From the sequence record NC_048053.1: 64,000 nucleotides of DNA. One strand, given 5' to 3'. A program made the translations under genes and the position numbers. This document shows positions 44,432-54,622 of the stretch, piece after piece. Position 1 is the stretch's first letter. Each line of letters begins with the position of its first letter. Below the pieces are notes generated by a model, which was not told the origin of the DNA, made no database searches, and saw only the letters and a program-made list of their open reading frames with translations.

Positions 44432-44986
44432 TTAGTATTGGATATTAAGATCCGTCATGCGATAGCCTTGACCGAGGACGATATTGCTACCAACGATTTT
44501 TAATTCCGCGTCGCTGTCTTCATTGCCGCACGTACCGATAATGATATCGTCAACACTAGTGCCTCCTGTGAATGCTGCCCACGTACTAGCATCCGTAGTT
44601 GACGCACTGGAGCGCATTGCAACAAAGAATGTTGGAGTTCCGTTTGCAGCGCCAATCAGATCGGTTGTAACAGCGGTAAAGTTCACATTGATCTTTCTGT
44701 TACGCGAACCATCTGCATTTTTTCCAATCGTTACTGTAGGACGACGCCCTACGGTGAGGGAATAATGCTGACAGCCTAAGAACTGAGTTTGCGCGATTCC
44801 CAAAGCCGCCAGAAAAGTAGCTGGCGCAATAGTCATATTCTGCGCAATTGCAGCAGGCAAAACAAGATCAGGCATCGTGCCATTAAATAAACCCACTCGA
44901 CACTGAACGCTCGATGAAGTAGGGGTAAAAATTTCCATCAACGCAGTGAGTGCTTTTGATGCAACCATATCCTTATTAGAAATCAT
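44432..44986 (-). CDS. Virion fibre-family paralog
   Basis: LFNGTMP, GTPTFF, GTCGNEDSDAELKI. Confidence 0.7.
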   Translation of the reverse strand: MISNKDMVASKALTALMEIFTPTSSSVQCRVGLFNGTMPDLVLPAAIAQNMTIAPATFLAALGIAQTQFLGCQHYSLTVGRRPTVTIGKNADGSRNRKINVNFTAVTTDLIGAANGTPTFFVAMRSSASTTDASTWAAFTGGTSVDDIIIGTCGNEDSDAELKIVGSNIVLGQGYRMTDLNIQY

Positions 44987-46065
44987 AATGCCCCCAATTC
45001 AGTAATAGGAAGAACAGTCGTAAAGAACGGAGGATACAAATTCGATCCTTGTTCGAACGTTAGACCCGTCGGAATGAAAAGATCCGTTGTTGGGATTTTC
45101 TTAGGATCGTCTGTTACAGTGTACGCGGATAGAGCGACATTTCGATCATCCATCAACGCTTTTTCATTAGCGAGCATGATATTGCAACTGGCGGTTGTAC
45201 CCAATAAGCCTGAATCGTATGTTGCCTGAGACATATTAAATGGCATCAAAATAACATGACCGATTTTTCCAAAGGTGCGAGGAGAACCGTTCACATACTT
45301 TCCAAAGAAACGCAAGCCGCTAGGATACAGCCATTGCTGTACTCGAAGAATTCGAGTACGGAAATAACGAGCGGTAACTTTTCCGTTTAAAATCGGAACC
45401 ATTGTTGCATCGTTTGCAGTAGGCTGAACGTTCATTGTGGCAGTAACATCTGTCCACACTCCATTAATCTGAGCTTGAAGAACAGAGTTAAACATGGAGT
45501 TAGTTGCTTCACCCGTCTGTCCAGAAATTCGCATCACGCCTGTAATTTCAACATCAGCGCCAAAATCATATTCAGCCACAATTGTTTTGGTAGGATCTGC
45601 CGGATCAAGTTGCGCCCAAAAACCGCCAGTCGATGTAGCGAGAACATTTACGGAAGCAGCAGAACCAACAAGGCGAGGCATCTGGTCCATTGCAAACATA
45701 TTGATGATTTGCTGATTTGGCGTACTTGCCATGTTTGCGTTTGACGTGTCATTGAGATCACGATAGCGATTGATTTTTGTTTTTGGTAAAACTTGCTTGC
45801 CATAAACAGTATCAACTTCTTGCCACGCACTGTGCAGCGCCCAAAGGCGTGATTGTTCTGCGCGGTTCAGAGGCTGCATGATCATTTTGCCGCCAGTTGA
45901 ATACTGACCATTCATGTAAGGAACAGCAACCAAACAATCGTTAATGATTTTTTGAATATCCGGCGCATCGAGTTGAGCTTGCGTTGGAATAGTTCCTTCC
46001 ATGAAGAAAGCCATATACAAAGAAGACGCTACCACGCGTTTTTCTTGAAGATCTAAAAGTTTCAT
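44983..46065 (-). CDS. Virion fibre-family paralog with discoidin-like insert
   Basis: FMEGTIP; YDFGADVEITG..NGVWT..TARYFRTRI. Confidence 0.7.
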   Translation of the reverse strand: MKLLDLQEKRVVASSLYMAFFMEGTIPTQAQLDAPDIQKIINDCLVAVPYMNGQYSTGGKMIMQPLNRAEQSRLWALHSAWQEVDTVYGKQVLPKTKINRYRDLNDTSNANMASTPNQQIINMFAMDQMPRLVGSAASVNVLATSTGGFWAQLDPADPTKTIVAEYDFGADVEITGVMRISGQTGEATNSMFNSVLQAQINGVWTDVTATMNVQPTANDATMVPILNGKVTARYFRTRILRVQQWLYPSGLRFFGKYVNGSPRTFGKIGHVILMPFNMSQATYDSGLLGTTASCNIMLANEKALMDDRNVALSAYTVTDDPKKIPTTDLFIPTGLTFEQGSNLYPPFFTTVLPITELGAL

Positions 46066-46661
46066 ACATCCTCGCTGATTTTCATTCGCAGACGTTCAAC
46101 TGCGAAATTGATTTTGTAAGTTCCATCGCCGTTGTTCACCAACGGCACGCCCATAGTCAGGAAGTCAGTGAAACTTAGTTCAAAGAAATTATAACAAGCC
46201 TGAGACGCGTTAACCGTACCGGATGAACTATTCTGCATACAGGCAATCAATGTTGTGAAATTAGTTGATGCAAGCGCAGTGCCTAGCGTGAAATCCATTG
46301 CCATATAGCGACCGTCATTCATCATTTCAATTCGACAACAAGCACCAACGCTTGTATGTAGAACAGAAGTAATATCCGTTCTGTTTGCTGTTAACCATGT
46401 ACGAATTTGAGTAACGGTCGGGCCATCACCATAGGTAGCGAAAATATTATGCCAATCGCTATCCGTCATCGAACCGCCAGTTAATGCAAGAAAGTTTGTA
46501 TCTGAATTTATTGTGCTGTCATAATCCAAACGTTCATCGCGTGCCTCTGCTGCACTAGACCCCTGATAGTTCCAAATACCAACGGCAGTGTTCACGCTAT
46601 TAGCGGCAGTCCAATCAATTTTCTGGCGAATGTTTCGAAGTGCTTTTGAAACAATCATCAA
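46062..46661 (-). CDS. Virion fibre-family paralog (divergent)
   Basis: WNYQGSSA; coupled in the array. Confidence 0.55.
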   Translation of the reverse strand: MMIVSKALRNIRQKIDWTAANSVNTAVGIWNYQGSSAAEARDERLDYDSTINSDTNFLALTGGSMTDSDWHNIFATYGDGPTVTQIRTWLTANRTDITSVLHTSVGACCRIEMMNDGRYMAMDFTLGTALASTNFTTLIACMQNSSSGTVNASQACYNFFELSFTDFLTMGVPLVNNGDGTYKINFAVERLRMKISEDV

Positions 46662-47581
46662 AGACTCCTGTTATTAAAACGAATCTTCGGACAGTAGAGA
46701 ATATTTTCTCCATCGCTCACAAGAGTTCGAAGAGTAAACGGTTTTGGAGTTCCATCGCCGTGACCAACTTCTTCCGCGAAATATGGAATCAACGGACTCT
46801 TTTGAAAATCTCCGCAAACTCGCGTGTTAGTGTGCGCAACCACAACCCAATCGGGAAGAGTAGTTGGCGGCGTTGTGTATGGCTGCGAATCACTAAGCAG
46901 AGTAATTGCGCCCATAGTAGTGAACGTGCCTGTAGCATAAATGCGAAAACGTTTTGCTGTTTGCGGATTCGATGCTGCATACATTGTTGTGTCACCAGTC
47001 ATAGGCGACCACGTTCCCAAACTTGTTTCAGTACCGTCATCAGCAACTGCATTCACGTTAAAAATGAGCGCGGTTCCTTCACGCACAAGATGCGTAAGTT
47101 TTACAGGCGAATCAAACTCAACAATAAGATTACCATCGCCTACAGTTTCCGGACGATAATCAGCACCAATCAAAGGAGAAGCGCCTGCAAACAAATGGGA
47201 GATAGTTCTTTTTGAAGCGCTTGTTTCCAGAATGCGATTCGGAATCAATGCACGAAAATTAATTCCCCAAATATTTCTGTAGAAGCTAACACCTTTATAG
47301 AAATAGCGAGCCTGTGGAATCAAATGCACAATGTTTGTTTTACTGATAAAAGAAACTACTCCTTTAGAAACTCCTGCGCATTTGTTGTAGAGATCCGCAA
47401 GAGAATCTTGTTTGAAAATCTGTGCAACAGCCGCTTCATTTGCAGGCAGAGCACCGGGCATTAAAAATGCTGTCCATGCAGCACCTGTAAACATGTGGCG
47501 CGTAACAGTATTCTCTGCGGTGTTTCCCGCACGCGCTCCGAACATACTCTGTGCGCGAACATGCGAATCAATTATTTTCAT
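46658..47581 (-). CDS. Virion fibre-family paralog with discoidin-like insert
   Basis: FLMPGALP; VEFDSPVKL..AKRFRIY. Confidence 0.68.
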   Translation of the reverse strand: MKIIDSHVRAQSMFGARAGNTAENTVTRHMFTGAAWTAFLMPGALPANEAAVAQIFKQDSLADLYNKCAGVSKGVVSFISKTNIVHLIPQARYFYKGVSFYRNIWGINFRALIPNRILETSASKRTISHLFAGASPLIGADYRPETVGDGNLIVEFDSPVKLTHLVREGTALIFNVNAVADDGTETSLGTWSPMTGDTTMYAASNPQTAKRFRIYATGTFTTMGAITLLSDSQPYTTPPTTLPDWVVVAHTNTRVCGDFQKSPLIPYFAEEVGHGDGTPKPFTLRTLVSDGENILYCPKIRFNNRSL

Positions 47582-48048
47582 TATCCTACATGGCCTCCGA
47601 CCGGAATAAATACATAGTCAGGTTCCTTCACACTGATTGCACTAACAAGGAAATCAACAATCGGGTTATCCTGAGCAACGTACTCGATGCCATTTGCTTT
47701 CGGCGTAAACGGCGCAGAACTTACATATGTGTTGTCCAAATCTTTCGCTTCGGTGTTCTGCGTATTCATTTGCGGAAACACAAAGTTTTTCTGCCACTGC
47801 GTTCTGAGATACTGAGAACTTTCTGGATACACTAAAGAACTTCTCACCATCCACGGACGCATGAGAATGTACCCTGAGAATTGATCGGCAGTTAAAATCA
47901 GAGCGTTTTTACTGACAGCACTGAAACCGATAACGTAACTTGTATCGAAAACAATTTGAACGGATTTCAATTGCCCTCGAAATGCGCCCCAAACTAAACC
48001 GTTCTGAATAAAATAGTTCTTATCATACGCAGGAACGTTAACAATCAT
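47581..48048 (-). CDS. Virion fibre-family paralog (short, divergent)
   Basis: GAFRGQL; coupled in the array. Confidence 0.5.
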   Translation of the reverse strand: MIVNVPAYDKNYFIQNGLVWGAFRGQLKSVQIVFDTSYVIGFSAVSKNALILTADQFSGYILMRPWMVRSSLVYPESSQYLRTQWQKNFVFPQMNTQNTEAKDLDNTYVSSAPFTPKANGIEYVAQDNPIVDFLVSAISVKEPDYVFIPVGGHVG

Positions 48049-48061
48049 TTCTTTCTCCTGC

Positions 48062-49081
48062 TTACAGTTTGTTTATTGTTGATTGAGCCAATCCATACCC
48101 CGCACCATTCGCGGAAGATAGATAGAATTGCCCGATACGGAAGATGCTCAATTTAGACAAATCGAACGCAAGCGAATAATCAACAGGAGTTGAAAAACTT
48201 GTGTCGCTTTGTTTGTACAGTTTCAACTGCACGCCGTTCACATACAAACGAACAATACCGCCAACACGCCGCAAAGTGAGAGTCGATCCGTACTGAACGT
48301 TTTCAGAAACATAGATTTCATCTGCGTTGGTCTGTGTGCGTGTGACAATATAGCGAATCATCTGCGGAGAATTCGACATGTACTCAAAATACAAAGTAAG
48401 GCCGTCAACAGGTTTATTGTTTGACCCAATTTCACTGGTAAAAGAGAACATCGGAAAAACGGAAAAACCTGCATTGAAATAGTTGATTGCTCCAATAAAT
48501 TCGAAATCACCTGTTCCAATCTGGCGCATCAGACCTGTTTGAATATCGTCGAACTGATAGTACGGCGGATCTGCGTATCCAGAACGAAACCAGATTTGAG
48601 GAAAAGTTGCAGACGAAACAGGGATGGTATCGATGTTCTGCAAGCGCAATGCAAACGCATTAACAGTTACAACACTTCCTTCGCCCGTTGAGTCTACAGA
48701 AGAACCAGAATCAACATGTAATAAATTTACGTCTTTTCCGATCTCAAAAGAGAATGGAACTATACCGCCTAAAACAAGATGCGTAGGTTTTCCGATTGCG
48801 CTGCATGTGATATTGCATTTCGAAAAGTTAAGCTGATTTCCTACCAGCGTGCGCGTACAATCATTTCCTGTTCCGAGCAGTACGCCTATATCACTTGTCA
48901 GTTTTGTAACGTCAAAATAATAGCCTGCGCCATTTGGCCTGAAATTCAAGCAAGTCAAAAGATCCTTTTCTGTCTTGCCTGTATTCAGTGAAATAACGTA
49001 AGCGGCTTTATCGTCTGAGGCAGACGCAAATAAACGCGTTAGCTGCGGAATCAGACTCAAATCAAACACTTTGTATTCCAC
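48062..49081 (-). CDS. Virion fibre-family paralog with C-terminal beta-sandwich
   Basis: GKPTHLV, EIGKDVNL; RRVGGIVRLYVNG. Confidence 0.65.
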   Translation of the reverse strand: MEYKVFDLSLIPQLTRLFASASDDKAAYVISLNTGKTEKDLLTCLNFRPNGAGYYFDVTKLTSDIGVLLGTGNDCTRTLVGNQLNFSKCNITCSAIGKPTHLVLGGIVPFSFEIGKDVNLLHVDSGSSVDSTGEGSVVTVNAFALRLQNIDTIPVSSATFPQIWFRSGYADPPYYQFDDIQTGLMRQIGTGDFEFIGAINYFNAGFSVFPMFSFTSEIGSNNKPVDGLTLYFEYMSNSPQMIRYIVTRTQTNADEIYVSENVQYGSTLTLRRVGGIVRLYVNGVQLKLYKQSDTSFSTPVDYSLAFDLSKLSIFRIGQFYLSSANGAGYGLAQSTINKL

Positions 49082-49107
49082 GATTTCACCTTATAAATTC
49101 AATCAAG

Positions 49108-50682
49108 TTAAATTTTCTTTCCCTGAACTATTTGGAAGTTCTTAATGTAGGCCGTCGGCAAACTCGCCGCACCGTAGACACCCAACATTTGAATAGGTTG
49201 CAGTGTGTACGGAAGGATTGTGTATTGGAACGAATCAACTACGGTGCCATCCACGCTGAATTTATGTGTTCCTGTGTCTGAATCGTACTGATACACAACA
49301 CGAACAAAATCAGTTGTAAGCAATGCTGTATAGTTAGCAAAAGAACGAGCAACTTTAGTTCCTTGTTGGTTGTTCCAGATACAGAATCCAGTTTCGTTGC
49401 TTCTATCCAAAGATAAAATAAAACGATCTGTGTACGAAGTTTGTACCACAATTAAATCCATCTCCGCATTCGAGGCAGTTGTATCTTGCCGATAATCAAA
49501 CGAGAGATAGAAAGATTTAGTAAAATCAATATCAACGGTGGCGGGAAACGACAATCGCGATCCAGATGTGCCTCTAATGCTACCGTCGCTTTGTTTAGGC
49601 CATCCGGTAAACGTCAAATCGTTTCCTAGATAGTCTTTTGACGGACTGCTATTAAAATTCTCTGCCGAGATTGCGATACGTGCATTAGGTTCAATCCACG
49701 AAGGCAAAGTATTTGCAGCGCTTAAAGTTTTCGCCGTGCGTACTTGCAACACTTCCGGGAATTCACCTGTAGAAATTGCGAGTGATTCGAGTTCGATGAG
49801 TTCACCACTTCCTTTTGCGCCAACCTTAACAGCAATCATGCGAATGTCTGCGGTTCCTGCGGCAAGCGCACCGTTATTGCTATCAGCGATCAACAGAATT
49901 GCGTAACCGATATTTTTTGTTACTTTCGTAGTTGATTTGTCGCCAATGCTAACAGGAAGACAACGACGCACCGAAGAGTTTCCTACAGCGCGTAAAATAT
50001 CAGTTGTTATTGCGCTAGGTGCAGCGTTGGTTGCTACGTTTACAGGAACAGATAAGTTAACCGATGTTCCGGAAGCAGTAGCGCCAGCAGTTGTTGATGC
50101 CGCGATGATCTGCAAACTAGCCGCCGCGTTTTTGTTTGGCGAATCAGACAGAGCAGCGTCAAAAGTTATCAAACTATCAAACACCAGATCCGCAACGGTT
50201 GCTGTTTGCGCTGTCATATTTCCAACGTAATCTGTAAGCTGCATCGGAGCAGAAACAGGGAAGCCGGGAAACAGCCCAATGGACGGATGCAATTTCATTT
50301 TCTTATTGCCTGTCAGCAAATCAGTCGCATACGCCGTGTCAATATCAAACGTGGATGCGCTCGCTGTAGTGCGACGAGGAATAATATTTTTCGGATAGTG
50401 AATCGTTACGCCGAGTTTTGGATCGTACACACTGCCGGGAACTGCTTTAATTCCGTGTGTGTACGGCTGCGACATTAGCAACCCTTCCGATGTAGGTTGC
50501 AAAACGATTCGACTCGCACCAACACAATCAGCAATAAGTTTACGATGATCTAAAAAGTATTGCGAAAGATCCGAAGGAATTGTTCCTTCGAAAAAATACG
50601 CTTCTACTTCAATTCCGGTACTCCACGTTCCGGGAAGTTGCGCCACGGAAAACGGAAGTAAGTTAGAACCTAAAAGCCTCAT
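49108..50682 (-). CDS. Virion fibre-family paralog with C-terminal LamG/ConA-like domain
   Basis: FFEGTIP, KVGAKGSGELI; FYLSFDY..HKFSVDG..IKNFQI. Confidence 0.72.
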   Translation of the reverse strand: MRLLGSNLLPFSVAQLPGTWSTGIEVEAYFFEGTIPSDLSQYFLDHRKLIADCVGASRIVLQPTSEGLLMSQPYTHGIKAVPGSVYDPKLGVTIHYPKNIIPRRTTASASTFDIDTAYATDLLTGNKKMKLHPSIGLFPGFPVSAPMQLTDYVGNMTAQTATVADLVFDSLITFDAALSDSPNKNAAASLQIIAASTTAGATASGTSVNLSVPVNVATNAAPSAITTDILRAVGNSSVRRCLPVSIGDKSTTKVTKNIGYAILLIADSNNGALAAGTADIRMIAVKVGAKGSGELIELESLAISTGEFPEVLQVRTAKTLSAANTLPSWIEPNARIAISAENFNSSPSKDYLGNDLTFTGWPKQSDGSIRGTSGSRLSFPATVDIDFTKSFYLSFDYRQDTTASNAEMDLIVVQTSYTDRFILSLDRSNETGFCIWNNQQGTKVARSFANYTALLTTDFVRVVYQYDSDTGTHKFSVDGTVVDSFQYTILPYTLQPIQMLGVYGAASLPTAYIKNFQIVQGKKI

Positions 50683-51180
50683 TTAGAATTCCCCTGATAC
50701 GCGATTGACACTCGCATAGAATTTCCCGTTAAGAAAATTCGCGTCCGACAAAATTAAATCCGCACCGCTTCCTTCTTTGCCAATCGTGAGCACTAAGAAA
50801 CCACCGTAAGGAGTTGATCCGATGTTAGTGTTAATCACGATGCAGTTATACAGACTGAGAAACGAATCAACGGTTCCAATAAAACTTGCAGACAAAAGAG
50901 CCTTCACGCGAAACTTTAATTTATTCGTTCCCGTATTCAACCACGAAATAGGATAGCAGTTGTTGAAAGTTGTCAGATTGAATTGCGCAGTAGCACCGAT
51001 TGCAGTCAGCGTTGTTCCTTCACTTACAACGATGTTTTGAGGATCGGGAATATTCGCAGCGGCAACCGTGTGAACGATATTTTCAAGACCGTACTTAACA
51101 GGCGGTTCGTCGGATGGACGCTTACCTTCTGCCGGAATAGGCACGTTAGACGTGTAAATGGGAAGACGAATTATTTCCAC
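50683..51180 (-). CDS. Virion fibre-family paralog
   Basis: TIGKEGSGADLIL; GTG start after AAGGAG. Confidence 0.68.
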   Translation of the reverse strand: MEIIRLPIYTSNVPIPAEGKRPSDEPPVKYGLENIVHTVAAANIPDPQNIVVSEGTTLTAIGATAQFNLTTFNNCYPISWLNTGTNKLKFRVKALLSASFIGTVDSFLSLYNCIVINTNIGSTPYGGFLVLTIGKEGSGADLILSDANFLNGKFYASVNRVSGEF

Positions 51181-51219
51181 GATTTTCTCCTTTGTTTAAT
51201 TCAAATTAGATGAATCGGA

Positions 51220-51228
51220 TACTTACAG
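51220..51228 (-). promoter_or_regulatory. Variant motif CTGTAAGTA (candidate promoter of fibre array)
   Basis: Minus-strand AATCTGTAAGTA in AT-rich spacer ~40 nt before the 51180 start. Confidence 0.4.
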
Positions 51229-51262
51229 ATTAATAATAGGAGAGTAATCAGTAAGAATGAAT

Positions 51263-52315
51263 TTAAAGATCAAGAACCGCCTCGAATTCAAAATTTTCAA
51301 CTTCTTTGGCGGTAACAGTTGGCACTGTATTTGGAAGATCCGAACCAGATTGCAGTAAGTCTGAAATGAAATCTCTCACAACTAAACGTATTTCATCTTT
51401 CCTGCGCGTCGCACTTATGCCAAAACCTAACGAGACATTCTCATCAGGTTCACTCGATGCCACGAATGGAAGTGCAGTCAGATTCTTAGCAACGGCGTTT
51501 GCCGAAGTATATTCAGGCAAGCGATACGAATAAGAAGATCCGTAGGCCGTATAATAGTATTCCTGATAGCTGGAGCGTAACAAATAAATACCGGGCGCGG
51601 ATTCTGTAGTGCGACTAAAATTTGTTGTCCCTACAACGCTGGGAGAAATAGCTGTGGCTGTGGCTTTGCAGTTTCCATCCATTGAAACTTTCAATTGATT
51701 CAAATAGGAAGTGTATACTCGCGTATATTCCCAACGACCATAATAGCTATATGATGAATAGGAGTACGTGTAGTCCTGAGCAACACTTAAATCTACAGGC
51801 TGAGTCGCTTTCAAATTGTTTTGAGTTAAACGTGTTGGCATTAAAATCATTTGAGTTGCCAGCACACTGCCATCGCCCACATAATAACGATACGGAGTGT
51901 TTTTAATTCCTCCGTATCCAATATCTCCTTTCTTCAAAATACCTTGAGTGCTTGTGGAAAAATTGCTTCCGGATTCCCACAAACTAGGTGCGAGACAAAA
52001 CAACTTAAACAGATCAAGAGTTGTTCGAGAAAAAGTTGTTGGGAATGTTAAAGTTGATTGTGTCTCAAGAGGCAAATCTTTTATGTTCATGTATGTGAGA
52101 TAAAGCCGCGCACCATGCACGCCAGCAAGAGGTGAACAATTGAGATTTTTATCGGAATCAATATCGAAAGTAATCGATCTGGCATTTGGAAGTATGTTTA
52201 TAACACTGGCAATGTCAGAAGGCTTCGGTGTGTCTGCATCGAAAAGATATTGTATAGCCTCCGATTCTTTTAGTTCTCTTTGGGTGATAACTGTTCCTAC
52301 ACTGCAAAATTTCAT
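51263..52315 (-). CDS. Probable virion protein, distant member of fibre family
   Basis: YLFDADTP N-motif; Tyr/Ser/Thr-rich. Confidence 0.6.
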   Translation of the reverse strand: MKFCSVGTVITQRELKESEAIQYLFDADTPKPSDIASVINILPNARSITFDIDSDKNLNCSPLAGVHGARLYLTYMNIKDLPLETQSTLTFPTTFSRTTLDLFKLFCLAPSLWESGSNFSTSTQGILKKGDIGYGGIKNTPYRYYVGDGSVLATQMILMPTRLTQNNLKATQPVDLSVAQDYTYSYSSYSYYGRWEYTRVYTSYLNQLKVSMDGNCKATATAISPSVVGTTNFSRTTESAPGIYLLRSSYQEYYYTAYGSSYSYRLPEYTSANAVAKNLTALPFVASSEPDENVSLGFGISATRRKDEIRLVVRDFISDLLQSGSDLPNTVPTVTAKEVENFEFEAVLDL

Positions 52316-52362
52316 CTGATACTTTCCTATAGATCAAGAATCAATTTTAGAAAAAGGCCGCA

Positions 52363-52431
52363 CTGTGAAAGCTGAATACCATTCGCGAGGGATACAGGGC
52401 GCAAACCTGATCCGAGAGAATTTTTCACCAG
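52363..52431. ncRNA. Candidate structured RNA / long intergenic hairpin
   Basis: Nested stems GTGAAAG/TTTTCAC, ATTC/GAAT, GGAT/ATCC, CAGG/CCTG with loop GCGCAAA. Confidence 0.35.
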
Positions 52432-52462
52432 AAAATAAAAAAGGGAAGGCCGAAGCCCTCCC
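52432..52462 (-). terminator. Intrinsic terminator with UUCG tetraloop
   Basis: Minus strand GGGAGGGC-TTCG-GCCTTCCC-TTTTTTATTTT. Confidence 0.9.
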
Positions 52463-52477
52463 CATTAAATTACTGAA

Positions 52478-53854
52478 TTACGGAGTAACAACAAACTGGT
52501 TAGCACCTGCAACAAACACGATGTAAACTTTCATCGCCTGTGCAAGAGTTACAGTTAGGCTGTTAGCATCAACCAGAGTGATTTCGTCCGGAATGATTTG
52601 TTTACCCGTTGAATCCAGAACAACAACAGTACCGAAACGCTGACCAGCATTGTGCGTAAAGGTGTAAGAGGTTGAACCCTCACCAGTGCCGCCAGTGTTA
52701 TCCTGAACGTAAGTTTTTGCGCTAGTTGCAACGCTATCAACAACAAACTTACGAGTAGCTGCCGCGCCGTCAACTTCCTGCATTTCGCCGGAGAAGATCA
52801 AATGATCAATAGTGCCGCCGTCTGCATCAATGAAGCCAGCAGATTTAACAGCGGTAATATCCAGATCGATAGTTGACGTTTCAGTATTGCGCGTTAAACC
52901 GGAACCAACAATGTTGTTTGCCAGTTGCGCAAAACCAACACCGCCGTTAGCAACGCGAACACCGTTAGCGCTTTTAGAAAGGCTTGCGCCATCCAGCTTA
53001 ACGTTCAGGCCATCGCTATCAACAGAAACACCGCCAGCAGCGTTAACTTTTACAGACAGTTCATTGCCATTCAGATTCAAACCGAGGCCAGCAGTTACGC
53101 TTGCCATACCGCCGAAGTTCGCCCACGCGTTACCATCAAAACGAACGTATTGATTGGTATCGGAGTTCCACGCAATTGCACCTTCCGCGCGATCTTGAGT
53201 AGGAGTAAAGACAATTTCAAAAGCGTCAGTGTGATATTCAACAATCACATCATCAACAACGCCATCGATAGTTCCGAAATCTGCGTGCAGGTTCGCAACA
53301 TCAGTCAGAACATAACGCTTGCCTTCGACTTTTTGCGGTTGAAGGACACCATCAACTTGCATCCCGTCAACGTCTTGCTGCCAGTTCAAACCAGCAAGAG
53401 CATTTTCGATATCAATCTTACGAGCTGCATCGGTGCCATTAACAGGCGCAGCAAGATCGCTAATACCGAAACCGCCAGCAGAAAGATTTGCCGCAAGCGT
53501 ACCTTCTGCGCTAACAGAAAGTTTGCGTGCGAGCAAACCGCCAACGTAACCTTTACTTACAGCCGCAACATCAGCCGCAGCGGATTGATCAGCAGAACTT
53601 AATTCAAGTACGCCAGTCATTGCTGTGGTGCCGTCTGCTTTCACGTAGCCAGACAGATCCGGAGAACTACCTTCACCAAACGTTTTGATCGCAGTGCCAT
53701 CAAAATATTTGTATACCTTATCGGTAGTGTTGTACCAGATCCATGCTTCCTGATTTGCAACCAGCGAACCGAGCGTTGGGTCAGTTGCACGTTTTTCACC
53801 ACGAAGGTTAAAAATCTGAGCACCCGCCATCAACGTCATATTGCCTAGTTTCAT
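52478..53854 (-). CDS. Fibre/whisker-like virion protein
   Basis: DLAAPVNGTDAARK fibre motif, GLGLNLNGNELSV beta repeats, C-terminal FTHNAG domain. Confidence 0.7.
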   Translation of the reverse strand: MKLGNMTLMAGAQIFNLRGEKRATDPTLGSLVANQEAWIWYNTTDKVYKYFDGTAIKTFGEGSSPDLSGYVKADGTTAMTGVLELSSADQSAAADVAAVSKGYVGGLLARKLSVSAEGTLAANLSAGGFGISDLAAPVNGTDAARKIDIENALAGLNWQQDVDGMQVDGVLQPQKVEGKRYVLTDVANLHADFGTIDGVVDDVIVEYHTDAFEIVFTPTQDRAEGAIAWNSDTNQYVRFDGNAWANFGGMASVTAGLGLNLNGNELSVKVNAAGGVSVDSDGLNVKLDGASLSKSANGVRVANGGVGFAQLANNIVGSGLTRNTETSTIDLDITAVKSAGFIDADGGTIDHLIFSGEMQEVDGAAATRKFVVDSVATSAKTYVQDNTGGTGEGSTSYTFTHNAGQRFGTVVVLDSTGKQIIPDEITLVDANSLTVTLAQAMKVYIVFVAGANQFVVTP

Positions 53855-53872
53855 GGATAATCTCCAGTTGCC

Positions 53873-54622
53873 TTAGTAAAAATTCTCATCACATTGATCT
53901 AAAGAACAACGTAACTTTTCATACGCGTTTTTTCTCATGTCGTATGAGGACACGTATTTGTCATCGAGCATATATTTCGCTCGCGCAGTTACCGTCGGAA
54001 GATACGAAAGCAAACCGTGACCACGATAAGTTTCCCAACGAGTAACCGGATAAGAGACTTGATCAATCTCCATAGCCGTGAGATCGATCTTATCAACATA
54101 CACGAATGGACGTTCACGCTCCACAATAAGATAATCTATTTCATGCAGATTAAACATTGTGTGTTGCATATATCCAATGACGTAATCGGTGATAAGACGG
54201 AAAGTTTCTTCTTTATCGAGACTGAGGCGAAGCGAAAACGCATTCACTACACCCGGCAAACATTTATGCCGCATTTCAATCCAAGCATTACTGAATCGAA
54301 CATCGAAATCATCAGGATTATCACGCATCAATTCATGAACGTAAGTTTCCATTCCGATAAAAGATTCGATGATCTGCTTTCCGTTTTCATCAGTAGGAGT
54401 AGCGCCTACTCCAGAACGAATAAAGCGCTTCTCCACTTCTTGTAACCAATCAGTTGCTGACGCGAAATACTGCAAAAGTGTTTCTCGCGCCTGTGCAGTA
54501 AATTGGTGACGATTGGTTTCAAGAATTTCCGAAAGCATGAACGCCTTAGCTTTATAAAAATCTGCATATCGTTCCGCAGTATATCTCCGAAACTCAATGT
54601 TGTTTTTCAAAAAGCCTTTCAT
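53873..54622 (-). CDS. Hypothetical protein
   Basis: GGAG SD, ATGA overlap. Confidence 0.75.
   Translation of the reverse strand: MKGFLKNNIEFRRYTAERYADFYKAKAFMLSEILETNRHQFTAQARETLLQYFASATDWLQEVEKRFIRSGVGATPTDENGKQIIESFIGMETYVHELMRDNPDDFDVRFSNAWIEMRHKCLPGVVNAFSLRLSLDKEETFRLITDYVIGYMQHTMFNLHEIDYLIVERERPFVYVDKIDLTAMEIDQVSYPVTRWETYRGHGLLSYLPTVTARAKYMLDDKYVSSYDMRKNAYEKLRCSLDQCDENFY

Noticed and set aside
52370-52420. Resemblance of CCATTC-GCGA-...GGGCGCAAA to the c-di-GMP-I riboswitch
   Set aside because: The P2 stem does not pair, the GGCAAAC and receptor elements are missing, and it would be antisense to the flanking genes; kept only as an unnamed hairpin.
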